A stretch of DNA of 64,000 bases from Eledone cirrhosa (lineage: Eukaryota), in contig OZ024741.1 of the NCBI GenBank assembly GCA_964016885.1, forward strand, positions 319,610,001 to 319,674,000, written 5' to 3'. The notes beneath the pieces are model-generated. The model was not told the origin of the DNA, searched no databases, and saw nothing but the letters and a program-made list of their open reading frames with translations. Below, piece after piece: positions 1 through 12,891 of this stretch. The number at the start of each line of letters is the position of its first letter. Position 1 is the stretch's first letter. The position numbers and the translations under genes are program-made.

Positions 1-347
1 GCATTCTGAAGGCGTCAGATCGTCGATCATGTGTTTTCCTCTCTGATGTTGCTTCGTAGTCGAATCCTGAATCTTCCAATTCCTTTCTGACCTTTTCCAC
101 CATTCTCCTGCTCACGCTGAGAAAGTCTGAAATTTCCTTATTTGTCCTCCCGGCGCGGATTCCAAGAAGAACTCCGTGTCTCTTCCACAAATTTGGAGGT
201 TCAAAATTATTCATAATCAATTATTCTGAAAATTAATAATGGAAATATAGTCACTGTTTTTATGAATACAAGAGTGACAACGGAAGTAAAAAAAATTTGC
301 ATAAAATCAGCAGTTGAAAATTGCGAACAAATATCGTCCGCACCCTG
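1..347 (-). mobile_element. Tc1/mariner-superfamily DNA transposon, 5' end (TIR plus transposase N-terminus, runs off window)
   Basis: Minus strand begins TA-CAGGGTGCGGACGATATTTGTTCGC at 347 (CAGGGTG terminus next to TA). ATG at 214 opens MNNFEPPNLWKRHGVLLGIRAGRTNKEISDFLSVSRRMVEKVRKELE, an HTH-like transposase N-terminus, open to the window edge. Confidence 0.75.
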
Positions 348-558
348 TATATATATATATATATTTACAAACCTTAAAACCCCTCCCGGGTAATGTACTG
401 AACATTTTCTAGTTTTCTATGCCCTTGAGAAGCCCTTTTCGAGCGAAAGTGACGTAGATGCTTTTTTTATATAAACATGTTTTAACGGGATATTCTCCTT
501 TGTAATCATTTCACTTATATAATACTTATATATATTTACATACTTATATATATATATA

Positions 559-661
<103 letters not shown>

Positions 662-711
662 CAAGTAAGTATGTTTTGAAACAGTGAGCAGGTTTGAAAT
701 TAGAAAATAGA

Positions 712-892
712 ATAGCTTTCACCGTATTTTTGACTAAAGGAATTTTAGCCTGATAATGGGGTTTAGAACCCTCAGATAAATGGAAAAAGATGAGTATTGA
801 CGTACAATACTCATCTTTTTCCATTTATCTGAGGGTTCTAAACCCCATTATCAGGCTAAAATTCCTTTAGTCAAAAATATGGTGAAAGCTAT
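712..892. repeat. Near-perfect inverted repeat (88-bp arms, 5-nt loop), probable PLE fold-back remnant
   Basis: ATAGCTTTCACC...GAGTATTG-acgta-CAATACTC...GGTGAAAGCTAT, lying between (TA)n tracts. Confidence 0.85.
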
Positions 893-1048
893 ATATATAT
901 ATACATATATATAAGTAAGTATGTTTTGAAACAGCGAGCAAGTTTAAAGGATTGTAAATAAAACGAGTAAATGAGACAAAATTGGAATTCCTTTTATTAA
1001 TATAATCTTCTATACACAATCATACACACCTATGTATATTTATTTATG

Positions 1049-1198
<150 letters not shown>

Positions 1199-1389
1199 TT
1201 AAGCAAAACAAGACCACAAATTTCACAAGGAAGACATTATTAAAAGATTGTTTAGTTTGATGTAAGGAATGTAGAGAATAATAATAATAGTATTAATAAT
1301 AATTGTTTCTACTTTAGGCACAAGGCCAGCAAATACCCAGTGCATTACTGGTACTTTATTTTATCGACCCCGTAAGGATGAAAGGCAAA

Positions 1390-1910
1390 ATAATGTCCGT
1401 TTACAATTGTTTCGCTGCTCCATATAATATTTCTGGATCAGATGACTATATATCATAATTGATTTGGTTCAGTTGAAAATAAATAACATATTTAAAAGAC
1501 AGGGCGGCTCATCGGAACTTCAAAGGAATATAAATTAAATTAATGAGATAATGTTACATAATATAATGTTCCATATATTGGTTTTTACTATGGTGTCTTG
1601 GTTGCATCAGTTGTCAGCCATAATCAAGCAGTATTCATCTGTCGAGGCTGCATTGTGTGAGATCTGCCTATGGATAACAAGATGGCTGCCAAAGGGCATA
1701 TTTACCTCACTAGTTAGAGGGTGGTTTCAGGGGAAGTAACTTCTCGACAGATTAGAAATTGTGGGTGTTTATAGTTAAGTGCTAATTAAAAATTTTTTTT
1801 TTAATTGAGAGACAATGTGGGGAGGTAACTTATAATTATCGAGTTGTTCATAGCAATTTAACTTATTAGCTACAAGTAAAAATGGGGCTACATGACTAAT
1901 TTGGGTCAAA
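1390..1910 (-). mobile_element. Penelope-like element 3' fragment (endonuclease C-terminal remnant plus pLTR with HHR)
   Basis: Minus-strand peptide [13 protein letters not shown] resembles the PLE GIY-YIG C-terminal helix and is followed by the HHR-like motif at 1399-1518. Confidence 0.5.
1399..1518 (-). ncRNA. Hammerhead ribozyme-like motif with 95-nt stem II region
   Basis: gtt-CCGATGA-gccgc...(insert)...gcagc-GAAA-CAATTG-TA-aac. Stem III is the palindrome ACAATTGT; the core has U4C. Confidence 0.5.
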
Positions 1911-1932
1911 TATATATATATATATGTATATG

Positions 1933-2030
<98 letters not shown>

Positions 2031-2188
2031 TTGGAATAAATGCTCTGAAATAGCGATATATATGTGAATATAGACATAGAATATTCGAAAATATTCTGTA
2101 TGTTTATAATAAACATTTTGAAGACCTAATCGCTATAGAATAGAATACGTCACGTATTACAATTAGATTCTCGATAAAAGCAAGGGAA

Positions 2189-2231
2189 GTAATCTACGCG
2201 TTTCATTCTTGTTAGAAATCATCAGGACTAC
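2189..2231 (-). ncRNA. Type I minimal hammerhead ribozyme (identical copies at 2499-2541, 2809-2851, 3119-3161)
   Basis: Reverse complement reads GTAGTC-CTGATGA-TTTCTAACAAGAAT-GAAA-CGCG-TA-GATTAC. Confidence 0.85.
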
Positions 2232-3553
2232 ATATCCAGTGCTTTTATCGAGAATGACACAGCTAGAGACTTATAGAATACTTAGCTGTGTACAGGAACT
2301 GGTTTGAAAGAGCGGTTGCCGGTCCGGCAGAAATTAGAAATTGGAATAAATGCTCTGAAATAGCGATATATATGTGAATATAGACATAGAATATTCGAAA
2401 ATATTCTGTATGTTTATAATAAACATTTTGAAGACCTAATCGCTATAGAATAGAATACGTCACGTATTACAATTAGATTCTCGATAAAAGCAAGGGAAGT
2501 AATCTACGCGTTTCATTCTTGTTAGAAATCATCAGGACTACATATCCAGTGCTTTTATCGAGAATGACACAGCTAGAGACTTATAGAATACTTAGCTGTG
2601 TACAGGAACTGGTTTGAAAGAGCGGTTGCCGGTCCGGCAGAAATTAGAAATTGGAATAAATGCTCTGAAATAGCGATATATATGTGAATATAGACATAGA
2701 ATATTCGAAAATATTCTGTATGTTTATAATAAACATTTTGAAGACCTAATCGCTATAGAATAGAATACGTCACGTATTACAATTAGATTCTCGATAAAAG
2801 CAAGGGAAGTAATCTACGCGTTTCATTCTTGTTAGAAATCATCAGGACTACATATCCAGTGCTTTTATCGAGAATGACACAGCTAGAGACTTATAGAATA
2901 CTTAGCTGTGTACAGGAACTGGTTTGAAAGAGCGGTTGCCGGTCCGGCAGAAATTAGAAATTGGAATAAATGCTCTGAAATAGCGATATATATGTGAATA
3001 TAGACATAGAATATTCGAAAATATTCTGTATGTTTATAATAAACATTTTGAAGACCTAATCGCTATAGAATAGAATACGTCACGTATTACAATTAGATTC
3101 TCGATAAAAGCAAGGGAAGTAATCTACGCGTTTCATTCTTGTTAGAAATCATCAGGACTACATATCCAGTGCTTTTATCGAGAATGACACAGCTAGAGAC
3201 TTATAGAATACTTAGCTGTGTACAGGAACTGGTTTGAAAGAGCGGTTGCCGGTCCGGCAGAAATTAGAAATTGGAATAAATGCTCTGAAATAGCGATATA
3301 TATGTGAATATAGACATAGAATATTCGAATAATAATATAGACATAAAATATTCGAAAAATGTTTATTATAAACATACAGAATATTTTCGAATATTCTATG
3401 TCTATATTCACATATATATCGCTATTTCAGAGCATTTATTCCAATTTCTAATTTCTGCCGGACCGGCAACCGCTCTTTCAAACCAGTTCCTGTACACAGC
3501 TAAGTATTCTATAAGTCTCTAGCTGTGTCATTCTCGATAAAAGCACTGGATAT

Positions 3554-3596
3554 GTAGTCCTGATGATTTCTAACAAGAATGAAACGCGTAGATTAC
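3554..3596 (+). ncRNA. Type I minimal hammerhead ribozyme (identical copies at 3864-3906, 4174-4216)
   Basis: Stem I GTAGTC/GATTAC, core CTGATGA, stem II TTCT-aaca-AGAA, GAAA, palindromic stem III ACGCGT, predicted cleavage after GUA (3590). It is enclosed by a 16-bp helix ATTCTCGATAAAAGCA/TGCTTTTATCGAGAAT. Confidence 0.85.
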
Positions 3597-4356
3597 TTCC
3601 CTTGCTTTTATCGAGAATCTAATTGTAATACGTGACGTATTCTATTCTATAGCGATTAGGTCTTCAAAATGTTTATTATAAACATACAGAATATTTTCGA
3701 ATATTCTATGTCTATATTCACATATATATCGCTATTTCAGAGCATTTATTCCAATTTCTAATTTCTGCCGGACCGGCAACCGCTCTTTCAAACCAGTTCC
3801 TGTACACAGCTAAGTATTCTATAAGTCTCTAGCTGTGTCATTCTCGATAAAAGCACTGGATATGTAGTCCTGATGATTTCTAACAAGAATGAAACGCGTA
3901 GATTACTTCCCTTGCTTTTATCGAGAATCTAATTGTAATACGTGACGTATTCTATTCTATAGCGATTAGGTCTTCAAAATGTTTATTATAAACATACAGA
4001 ATATTTTCGAATATTCTATGTCTATATTCACATATATATCGCTATTTCAGAGCATTTATTCCAATTTCTAATTTCTGCCGGACCGGCAACCGCTCTTTCA
4101 AACCAGTTCCTGTACACAGCTAAGTATTCTATAAGTCTCTAGCTGTGTCATTCTCGATAAAAGCACTGGATATGTAGTCCTGATGATTTCTAACAAGAAT
4201 GAAACGCGTAGATTACTTCCCTTGCTTTTATCGAGAATCTAATTGTAATACGTGACGTATTCTATTCTATAGCGATTAGGTCTTCAAAATGTTTATTATA
4301 AACATACAGAATATTTTCGAATATTCTATGTCTATATTCATATATATATATATATG

Positions 4357-4404
<48 letters not shown>

Positions 4405-4669
4405 CATACATACACTCAAAAGTAGAGTCTTCTTCTGCATATGGCTAGTGGAAGAATTTTAATCAAGCAAGACTTGTCGCAACTTGCTGACTGAAGCTCC
4501 CTTTGGGCTGTTCAAACTAAGAAGTAAAATATTTCATGTATGAGCTATGTAATGTATATGTTACTTGTCTGACAGCATGGATAACAAAATTACTTGTGAT
4601 CCATGCTAACATTCGCACATGTGGAACTTTCCCATGCACAAACATTCACATACATGCTCACATACACAT

Positions 4670-4794
4670 TCTAGCAGGCACCTTAACACGCACAGATATT
4701 TATACGTACCAGAGTACACACACACACACACACACATATTTTAGCAGACACCTAAACACACACAGATATTCATATGCACCAGAGTACACACACA

Positions 4795-4870
<76 letters not shown>

Positions 4871-4966
4871 CTCACATACACATTTTAGCAGACACCTAAA
4901 CACACACAGATATTCATATGCACCAGAGTACACACACACACACACACATACACAGACAGACAGACA

Positions 4967-5038
<72 letters not shown>

Positions 5039-5200
5039 CACATACACATTCTAGAATACACCTAAACACACACATATATTCATACACACTAGAGTACACA
5101 CACACACACTCACACATATCCATACACACACACATTCTCTCCTTCACAAGCACACACACACACACACATACATTCAGAATCTTTGGACACATACATTCAT
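4670..5200. repeat. Compound (CA)n microsatellite with a repeated ~50-bp spacer
   Basis: CA tracts alternate with TTTTAGCAGACACCTAAACACACACAGATATTCATATGCACCAGAGT variants. Confidence 0.85.
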
Positions 5201-6084
5201 ATATATAAGTTTCTCTTTTCTCCTAATTCGTTTGAGTTTCTAACTGGCACAAGACATGAAGAAAGGTGTATAACTGCAGTGGAGGTGATGGAGGTGATGA
5301 AGTAATGTTATTGCCAGAAATAGATCTAACCGAACCCGTAGATCCCATCTTCAGTTAAGTTGTTATAACAACAACAACAATGATAAGGCCAGCTATTTGA
5401 AGGGAATAGTTGATTAAATCGACCATTGTGCATTACTGGTATTATACTTTATCAACCCCAGTAGGATTTGCACTTAGAACGTAAAGGGCCAAAACTATAT
5501 GCTGCAAAGCATGTTGTCCAACACTCTACTGATACAGTCAATCAACCACCCTGACAACAACAACAACAATAATGATTGTTTCTACTTTAGGCACAAGGGC
5601 AGCAATTTGAAGGGGAGGGGGAAATTCGATTAAATCAACTCCAGACCATTACTGGTACTTTATGTTATCGCCCCCCGTAAGGATGAAAGGCAAAGCTAAC
5701 CTCAGCGGCATTTTGAACTCAGACTGTAAAAGGCTGTAACTCTATGCTGAAAAGTATGGTGTCCGATGCTCTACTGATACTGCCAATCCCCTGCCCTGGC
5801 AACAATAACAATAATAATAACTTCTTTTATTTGCCACAAGGGCATCTAATAGAGCAGGCACTAAAAAGACAAGTTACAACATTATTGTGGGGCTTTGCAT
5901 AGAAATGAGGAAAGGGGGTAAGATGTATACAGAGTAATATGTAATATTTGAAAAAATAACAAAATATACTGACTTAATGGACAAAATCGCCCAAGAGTGA
6001 TCGATAACACCTAACAACATTCATATAACTCCAGTTGTCATTGGAGTTTGGGGCTTAACCCTTTAGCATTCACATTACTCTATA

Positions 6085-7296
6085 TATTCTGTGCCACATA
6101 AAAGGCTTATGGCAAAACTCTGTGCAATGGGTGTGAAAGATGATCTTTTTAACTGGTTGAAATCCTTCATTCTCACTCGAAGAGAGGTAGTCATGGTTCT
6201 AGGACAGCATTCCTCACCGTATGAGATGTCATCTGGTGTACCACAGGGATCTGTTCTTGGCCCCCTTTTGTTTGTGGCATATATTAATGACATAGATGCC
6301 AACTTAAAGAATGCCATAGTACTGAAATATGCAGATGACATCAAGCTGTACCTTGAGATAAAAAGATCAGATCCTGAACACTATAGATCTTGCCTGCAAT
6401 CTGACCTGGACACAATGCAACAATGGATCACAGACTGGCAACTCAAGCTAGCTGTGGACAAGTGCACCACAATGCATTTTGGGAGTAAAAACCCAGCGTC
6501 CACATACTCCCTCCACAACACTAATATCAAGAAGTCTTCTTGTGAACGTGCCTGGCATTACGGTCAGCAGCGATTTGCGTTGGATGAAGCACATCTCTAA
6601 AATTGTCAAGAAGGCCGAGGGTGTCTAAACATCACTCAGCAAGACCTTTGTCAACCGCTCTGCAGCTATCTATTTAAGGCTGTACATAGCTATGGTGCGG
6701 CCACACTTAGAATTTGCATCACCAGTCTGGAACTCCTATCTTGCTCAGAACATTGACCGCCTGGAAACTGTTCAGAGACGTGCAACCAAGCGAATACCCT
6801 CCATCAGGCATCTACCATACTCTGAACGCCTTGCTTCCCTGGGCATGTATTCATTGAAGCTCCGACGTCTGGCAACTGATTTAGTAAACACCCACAAAAT
6901 TATTAACCATTTTGCCAACAACAACCCTGAGTACCTTTTTGATTTCCATGTGTCTAACACACGTGGGCATGCCCACAAAGTCAGAAAACAGCACAGTTCC
7001 CATGACTTTCGGAAGCATTTTTTCACGCTCAGAGTTGCTGAAGCATGGAACAAACTACCTGCATCAGTTATTAGCTGTTGAAACACTGCATCCTTTAAAA
7101 CCTCCATGCTTCCTGAGATTCACCAACACTACACCTAATATTCCCCCTCCATACACATACACACATGTATATCATGACTCATACACTATTCACTTCCCTG
7201 ACATTTGTATATTATTCTATGTACTATATATACATGCATCTTTGACGAGTTGTAATGCACTTGAGCACTTTACACAATAATTTCATTATTATTATT
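6085..7296 (+). mobile_element. CR1-clade LINE, 5'-truncated, frameshifted RT plus 3' UTR
   Basis: VPHKRL, SGVPQGSVLGPLLF..YINDI, YADD, VRPHLEFASPVWN, ETVQRRATK, RKHFFTLRV..WNKLP; ends in (ATT)n. Confidence 0.9.
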
Positions 7297-8516
7297 ATAT
7301 ATTTTCATGGTAAAGGCTTTACCTCACATAATTATCTCACATAATATCGAATCTATGGGATTTTGAAAATATTTATTTTGAGAACAATACCTTAACATCA
7401 GTTCGAGTGACCAGTTACAGCCACTTTCAACAGAAAAAGGTAGAGAATTCTGGCTGGTTTGAACATTAAAGTGTTAATAACACTAAAACTAGGATGGTAT
7501 CTTAAGCAAATAGACCTTGAATCACAAATTGTTCTACAAAAGTCTGCCCTGTTAGGCATTGAAGATATACCCAGGAAAGTACTGACTGTCTAAGGTCTTA
7601 TTTTGACCCGACAACAGTAATTATATTCACAGTGTAAACAACGATGATGATGACAACAAAAATAATAACAGTTTCTGATTTAGGCACAAGGCTAGCAATT
7701 TTTGGGGAGGGGAAAATCAATTAAATCGATCCCAGTGCATTACTGGTACTATATATTATCGATCCCGTAAGGATGAAAGGCAACGCTAACTTCAGCAGGA
7801 TTTGCATTCAGATATAAAGGGACGTAACTATATGACACAAAACAGTAATACTGGTTTTTATTAGCCACAATGACCCAAGACTTTAGGGACATTTCAAGAA
7901 TGAATTACAAAACAAATACCTGTCCATCTTGAAGGATGCCACTGATGGACATCAATGTATTCTCTCTACCTGAACACATCATACAGGGTATTACAGTTTG
8001 GTAAAGTAAGTGTAACAATATATAATCTGTCCAAGTATACAAAGAAAAGTCTGGGATTGATTCAGATGTGATATACAAGTCTAGGAACTTGTTACTTGAA
8101 CACTCTATACATGAAGTCTTCTGAGTATCTTTTCAAAGGAACATTAGATAACACTATGTCCAATATTGAAATATCATTTCTTTAAATTGTTTTACTCTAC
8201 TTTCAAAGAGATGGCTAGTAACGATACATTAAGTTTTGAAATAATGCTTCTTTATATCCTGGATAACAGTACATCCTATATTAAAATAATGGTTTCTGAT
8301 TTAGGCACAAGGTCAACAATTTTGGGGGAAGGGAAAGTCAGTTAAATTAACCTCAGTACATTACTGGTACTTTATTTTATCAACCCCATAAGGATGAAAG
8401 GCAAAGCTAACCATGACGAGATTTAAACTCAGAATGTGAAGGGCCATAACTCTATGCTACACAGTATGTTGTCCAGCACCCTACCGATACTGCCAATCTA
8501 TGTCTCATATTGAAAT

Positions 8517-8704
8517 AATTGTTTCTACTTTAGGCACAAGGCCAGCAATTACCCAGTGCATTACTGGTACTTTATTTTATCAACCCCGTAAAGATGAAAG
8601 GCAAAGTCAACCTCGGCGGGATTTGAACTCAGATCGTAAAGGGACGTAACTATGCTGGAAAGTATGGCGTCCGACCCTCTACCGATACTGCCAATCCACC
8701 GCCC
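8517..8704 (-). mobile_element. tRNA-derived SINE family A (other copies near 1300-1390, 5385-5550, 5575-5800, 7670-7835, 8290-8500, 19360-19460, 19565-19755, 44272-44447, 59140-59320, 61664-61852, 62020-62132)
   Basis: Minus strand has A-box TGGCAGTATCGG, B-box GTTCAAATCCC and conserved body GCCTTTCATC(C/T)TTACGGGGT(C/T)GATAAAATAAAGTACCAGT, ending GTAGAAACAATT. Confidence 0.85.
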
Positions 8705-9384
8705 TTGTCTCATATTGAAATAATGATTTGAAAATTTAAAGACATGGTTAATGATGGTTAAAGAAGGAGGAATAATTTAGGGTTCATGAAAATTATTGAT
8801 CATAACTATTGATGTTCTCCTAGGAGAGTGAAAAGGAGAGAAACTGAAATATTATAATCAACTGGATGTAATTAAAATAATCTTATGTGACCACATTTTA
8901 ACTATTTAAACAAATTACTTTATTAGGCTTAAAGATTTGTTGTAACTAGATAATTGCCAATTATGAGAATGTTGTTTGATTGCACTTAATTAAACAAGGC
9001 TGATATAATTGCATTATTTAAGTGATATTTCAATAATTAATTGTTTATTTATGATGTTAATTTCAGTATGAAATCTGATAGAGCATGTGACCAACTCCCC
9101 CTCCCTTCTATTACTTTCCATAAAGAAGTTAAAACTTATGCTGTCACTAACAAAAACTACTTCCTGAAGTAATGTAAATACTCTTACCCACCTCTCACTG
9201 TGAGTTCAATTAATCATAAAATAGAAAGATAGCTAGAGAGAAAGTGAAAAAGAAAAAGTTATAACAAGTTATAACAAGTTATAAGTGAATTTAGGATAAG
9301 GTGTTGGTTGACAATGAGCTGCTTGGTTCGAGAAAAACTTCATATATATATATTCATCATTTTTTTTTTTACGTCTGCTTTTCC

Positions 9385-9597
9385 CGAGGTGTAGAGCTAG
9401 ACAGAGTGTATTATAGTAAAATAAAACAAGGTCGAGTGGTTACTCCTTCATTACGTAATGAAGGAGTAACCACTCGTCCTTGTTTTATTTTACTATAATA
9501 CACTCTGTCTAGCTCTACACCTCGACACAGAAGTGAACCTAAACACCGTGTGTTTACCTGGGTGAACCTACAGTAACTCCAAGTTACACTCCCTGGA
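9385..9597. repeat. 140-bp near-perfect palindrome (9385-9524, centre TTACGTAA) with a one-sided ~70-bp extension, probable PLE fold-back insertion
   Basis: Arms are reverse complements with one mismatch and no spacer; the extension ends at (TA)n. Confidence 0.8.
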
Positions 9598-9851
9598 TAT
9601 ATATATATATATGTATGTGTGTGTGTTAAGTATTTCTGTAGAAAAGGTAATGGAAAGAAGAGTGCTCTAGGTATTGTACAGAGCTGTTTAATTACATAAT
9701 AAACAACACAATATAATTATATTATTACCGAAGGTTTCGAGAAACTAGACGATTCTCACAGAAGCATCTAGCTTGATGAACAAACATTGAGTGCTCTACC
9801 CTGCATACTGATGTGTCGGTGATTAACCAACACATACTCGTGTGTGTATAT

Positions 9852-9892
<41 letters not shown>

Positions 9893-10759
9893 GTTGATGG
9901 CTGAAGAACCTGTGATAAACAGGCAAAACACCAGAGTAACAAGACTCATTGTTTAGCCTTAATAAAATGATATATACATGTATGTACAGTTATTTATTAC
10001 ACCAATAAAACATGCTTCAGGATATATGTATTTCATTGATTTTGTCAAATCTTCATCCAACCATCTTAGAATGGTTGTCTTAATTTATATCTTTTTAAAA
10101 AAGAAAGCATGATTTGTTGGTGTAATAAATCATGTAAAGGCTGAAACAAGCTATTGTTAAGACCATCCTGAGAGGAGCACCACTAGTAAGGTTGTCAGTA
10201 GCAAAAGTTGTATTAAATAGCATAACCACATATGTGGGTGGGGGAGGTCAAAGTCATGTGATTGTATTTTGTCAGACATGCAAGATGAACTTGGGATATT
10301 CCATTATGTAGTGAGAATGGATGTGGTGGGGAGTAGCACTCATTGTCATGTGATAAATATAACAATTGAATGAGGGGGACTACATGTTTAATCCTGGGCA
10401 AAATATGTGTCCAGAAAATGTTTTGAATTCAGCTCAACACATAACTATAATAAAACTCATGATGATGATGATGATATCTTGGAGTGAGTGCTCTACCAAC
10501 TTTCAATTTTTATTACAAAATTCAGTTACACTACATACACACACACACACATTGCATACAGACCCGGATTTACCATTGTGCTTAAGTGTTCTGAAGCATA
10601 GGGCCCCATTGTCCAGGTGGAAGCCATCTTCCTGCCAAAAAAATGTTTTTAGTTCCTTCAGGGCCCAACTTAACTACCACATGACCTCCTTTGTCCTCAA
10701 TCCAGCACTGATTGTATACCTGATGCCAGTAATGATGGTAAATATATTTATTGCACATA

Positions 10760-11130
10760 AGTGCACATACCGTGACTTCTGGCGTCACGCAGTAATACAG
10801 GGTACCCGACCTCCCATGGGTACATGCTGAAGCATATAAACAATATGCCCCCCCCCCCCCGCAAGGTGGTCGTGGAGGTGCCACGGCAAAAAAGCACCCA
10901 GCCCACACTGTAAAGTGGACGTGTAGGCGCCACGAAAAAGCACCCAGCACTCACTGTAAATGAGGTTGGTGTTAGGAAGGGCATCCAGCTGTAGAAATCA
11001 AGCCAGATCAGTTCCTGTATGAGCAAGGCATGGTCAGCCGACCAGACACTGCCCACAACAGGACAACCCGTCTAACCCATGCTAGCGTGGAAGAACGGAC
11101 GTAAAACGGTGATGATGATGATGATGATGA
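10760..11130 (+). mobile_element. RTE 3' end / SINE family B tail with (GAT)n terminus (similar at 33130-33340, 43725-43990, 45170-45500)
   Basis: DFWRHAVI..TRPPM RTE C-terminal remnant, then GGTGTTAGGAAGGGCATCCAGCTGTAGAAA...AACCCATGCTAGCGTGGAAGAACGGACGTAAAACG(GAT)n. Confidence 0.75.
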
Positions 11131-12616
11131 AGTATTAAATTAAATAATCCACGAAAATCCAATATTTTGGTGCGTGTTCATATAATTTGCATATCCCAAA
11201 TGCAGTTTTACCTTTATAATATAAGTAATTAGCTACACAGTCCTTTCCTAGAATTGAGACAACATAATATCAAGGAGACGATAAAAAGCAATGCAAATAA
11301 AAAAAAAAGATGATGTAATGAAAAGTTGGTGCAAACTGTTCCAACTATTTGAGGAGTACCTCATTGATATTCTGAATGTGCCAATGTGGACTATGACAAA
11401 CTGCACTGAATCATTCCTATCATATCTACATAAAATTTTTGTTAGGCAAAAGAAAGTGTAGGGAGTCCAACATTTTGGATAGCTTAGCTACACAGACCAC
11501 ACATTTCTGATCTGAGCAGCAAACTTAGATAATACATATATACCCAAAGGCCTGGTTACTGGAAGTTGATTATGTTTTCTTGACAGAAAAACCTTACATC
11601 ATCTAACTTATCAAGATACTCAATAAATGACATGATAAATATTCAACAACTGGTGTGTACCTCATCAAAGATAAATATTGCAGATGAGGCGATAAAATTT
11701 AGCATATATCTATTCATAGAAAACAGCAAACAAGGTGGTGGAATTGCCTCGTAGGCAGTATAGAAGTCAAAACAGGTTGTTTTGTTTGCATATATTTACT
11801 TTTTCATAGAAATCTATTTTGAAATTTGGAGGTAAAATCTCTTTCCAACTCAATGGAAACTTATTTGTACTTTTATTATATTGTTTAAGTATTTAATTTA
11901 ATTTTAAATTGTTTGGCATTTATTTCTTCAGAATTCCTATTTGTTAGTATTGTTGAGAATGTTGTTGATCACTGATTCTTTTGCAGTATATTCCTCTTAA
12001 TCCACGATCACAAATATATTAGTATATCATAGCTATATTTTAGGTCATGCAGAGTTTATATGTGTTTCATGTAAATCCAGCTTTGGATCATCAATACATG
12101 TTTGGATGGTGTGGTTTTGAAATTCTCATGAGTATAAAATATATTTATGAAGTTTTAATATTTTGATGTTTAAAATGTTTAAAATACAGTTTTGATTCAC
12201 ATTACGTAATGAGTTCCCCTTATGTTAAGATTCAACAATCTTCTTGAATTTTTGTTTACTTTTGGTCAATCACATGCTAGGAGTACTTTGAAAGCAAGAT
12301 ATTCAATAAGAGAACTTTAAATAGGGATTCATTGAGTAGAAGGGGAAGAGAGAGCAAGCAAGAGAAAGGAGAGGCAGAGGAAGAAAACAAGAGTGCAAGA
12401 ATGAGACAAGGGAGACATGAGAGAGAGAGAGAGAGAGAGAGAGCAATAAATCAGAAGATTTCAATCTTACATGAGATTGAAAGAAAAAGTAATACTAAGT
12501 CAAAAACATGTATGTGAGTGTGAAGCTGTATAGTTAACATGAAGTATTGTGAGATATGTAATAAGTGTTAAGTGTTAAGTGTTAAGAATTTCAGAAAGCC
12601 ATTACAATGTGGATAG

Positions 12617-12654
<38 letters not shown>

Positions 12655-12841
12655 GTGGTATTGGGGTAAAGGATGACAAAAAAAACAAATAATATTCTGT
12701 TTTACTCAGTATATTTCATCGTGATATTTCAAATGAAAACGAAAAACGATGCGTCTTCTAAGAAATATTTTGATGAAATATATTGGTTAAAAAACATTAT
12801 CTTATTTTGTTTTATTTGTCAACCTTTACCCCAATACCTCC

Positions 12842-12891
<50 letters not shown>

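Larger units (their letters stand above)
2031..4340. mobile_element. Retrozyme-like array: 310-bp unit, about 4.2 copies in one orientation and about 3.2 copies inverted
   Basis: Unit starts TTGGAATAAATGC at 2031, 2341, 2651, 2961 and 3271. Inverted copies run from ~3356 to 4340. Each full unit contains an HHR, there is no meaningful ORF, and both ends abut (TA)n. Confidence 0.9.

Noticed and set aside
2031-4340. CRISPR array or plain satellite interpretation
   Set aside because: Units are identical 310-mers with no variable spacers, the context is eukaryotic, and the HHR content explains them better.
9067-9199. Candidate upstream exon (tttcag ... gtgagt)
   Set aside because: Stops occur in all three frames before the donor and there is no recognisable homology.
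9722-9770. Minus-strand GAAA-CCTTCGG-TA with an upstream hairpin
   Set aside because: No intact CUGANGA and no stem I.
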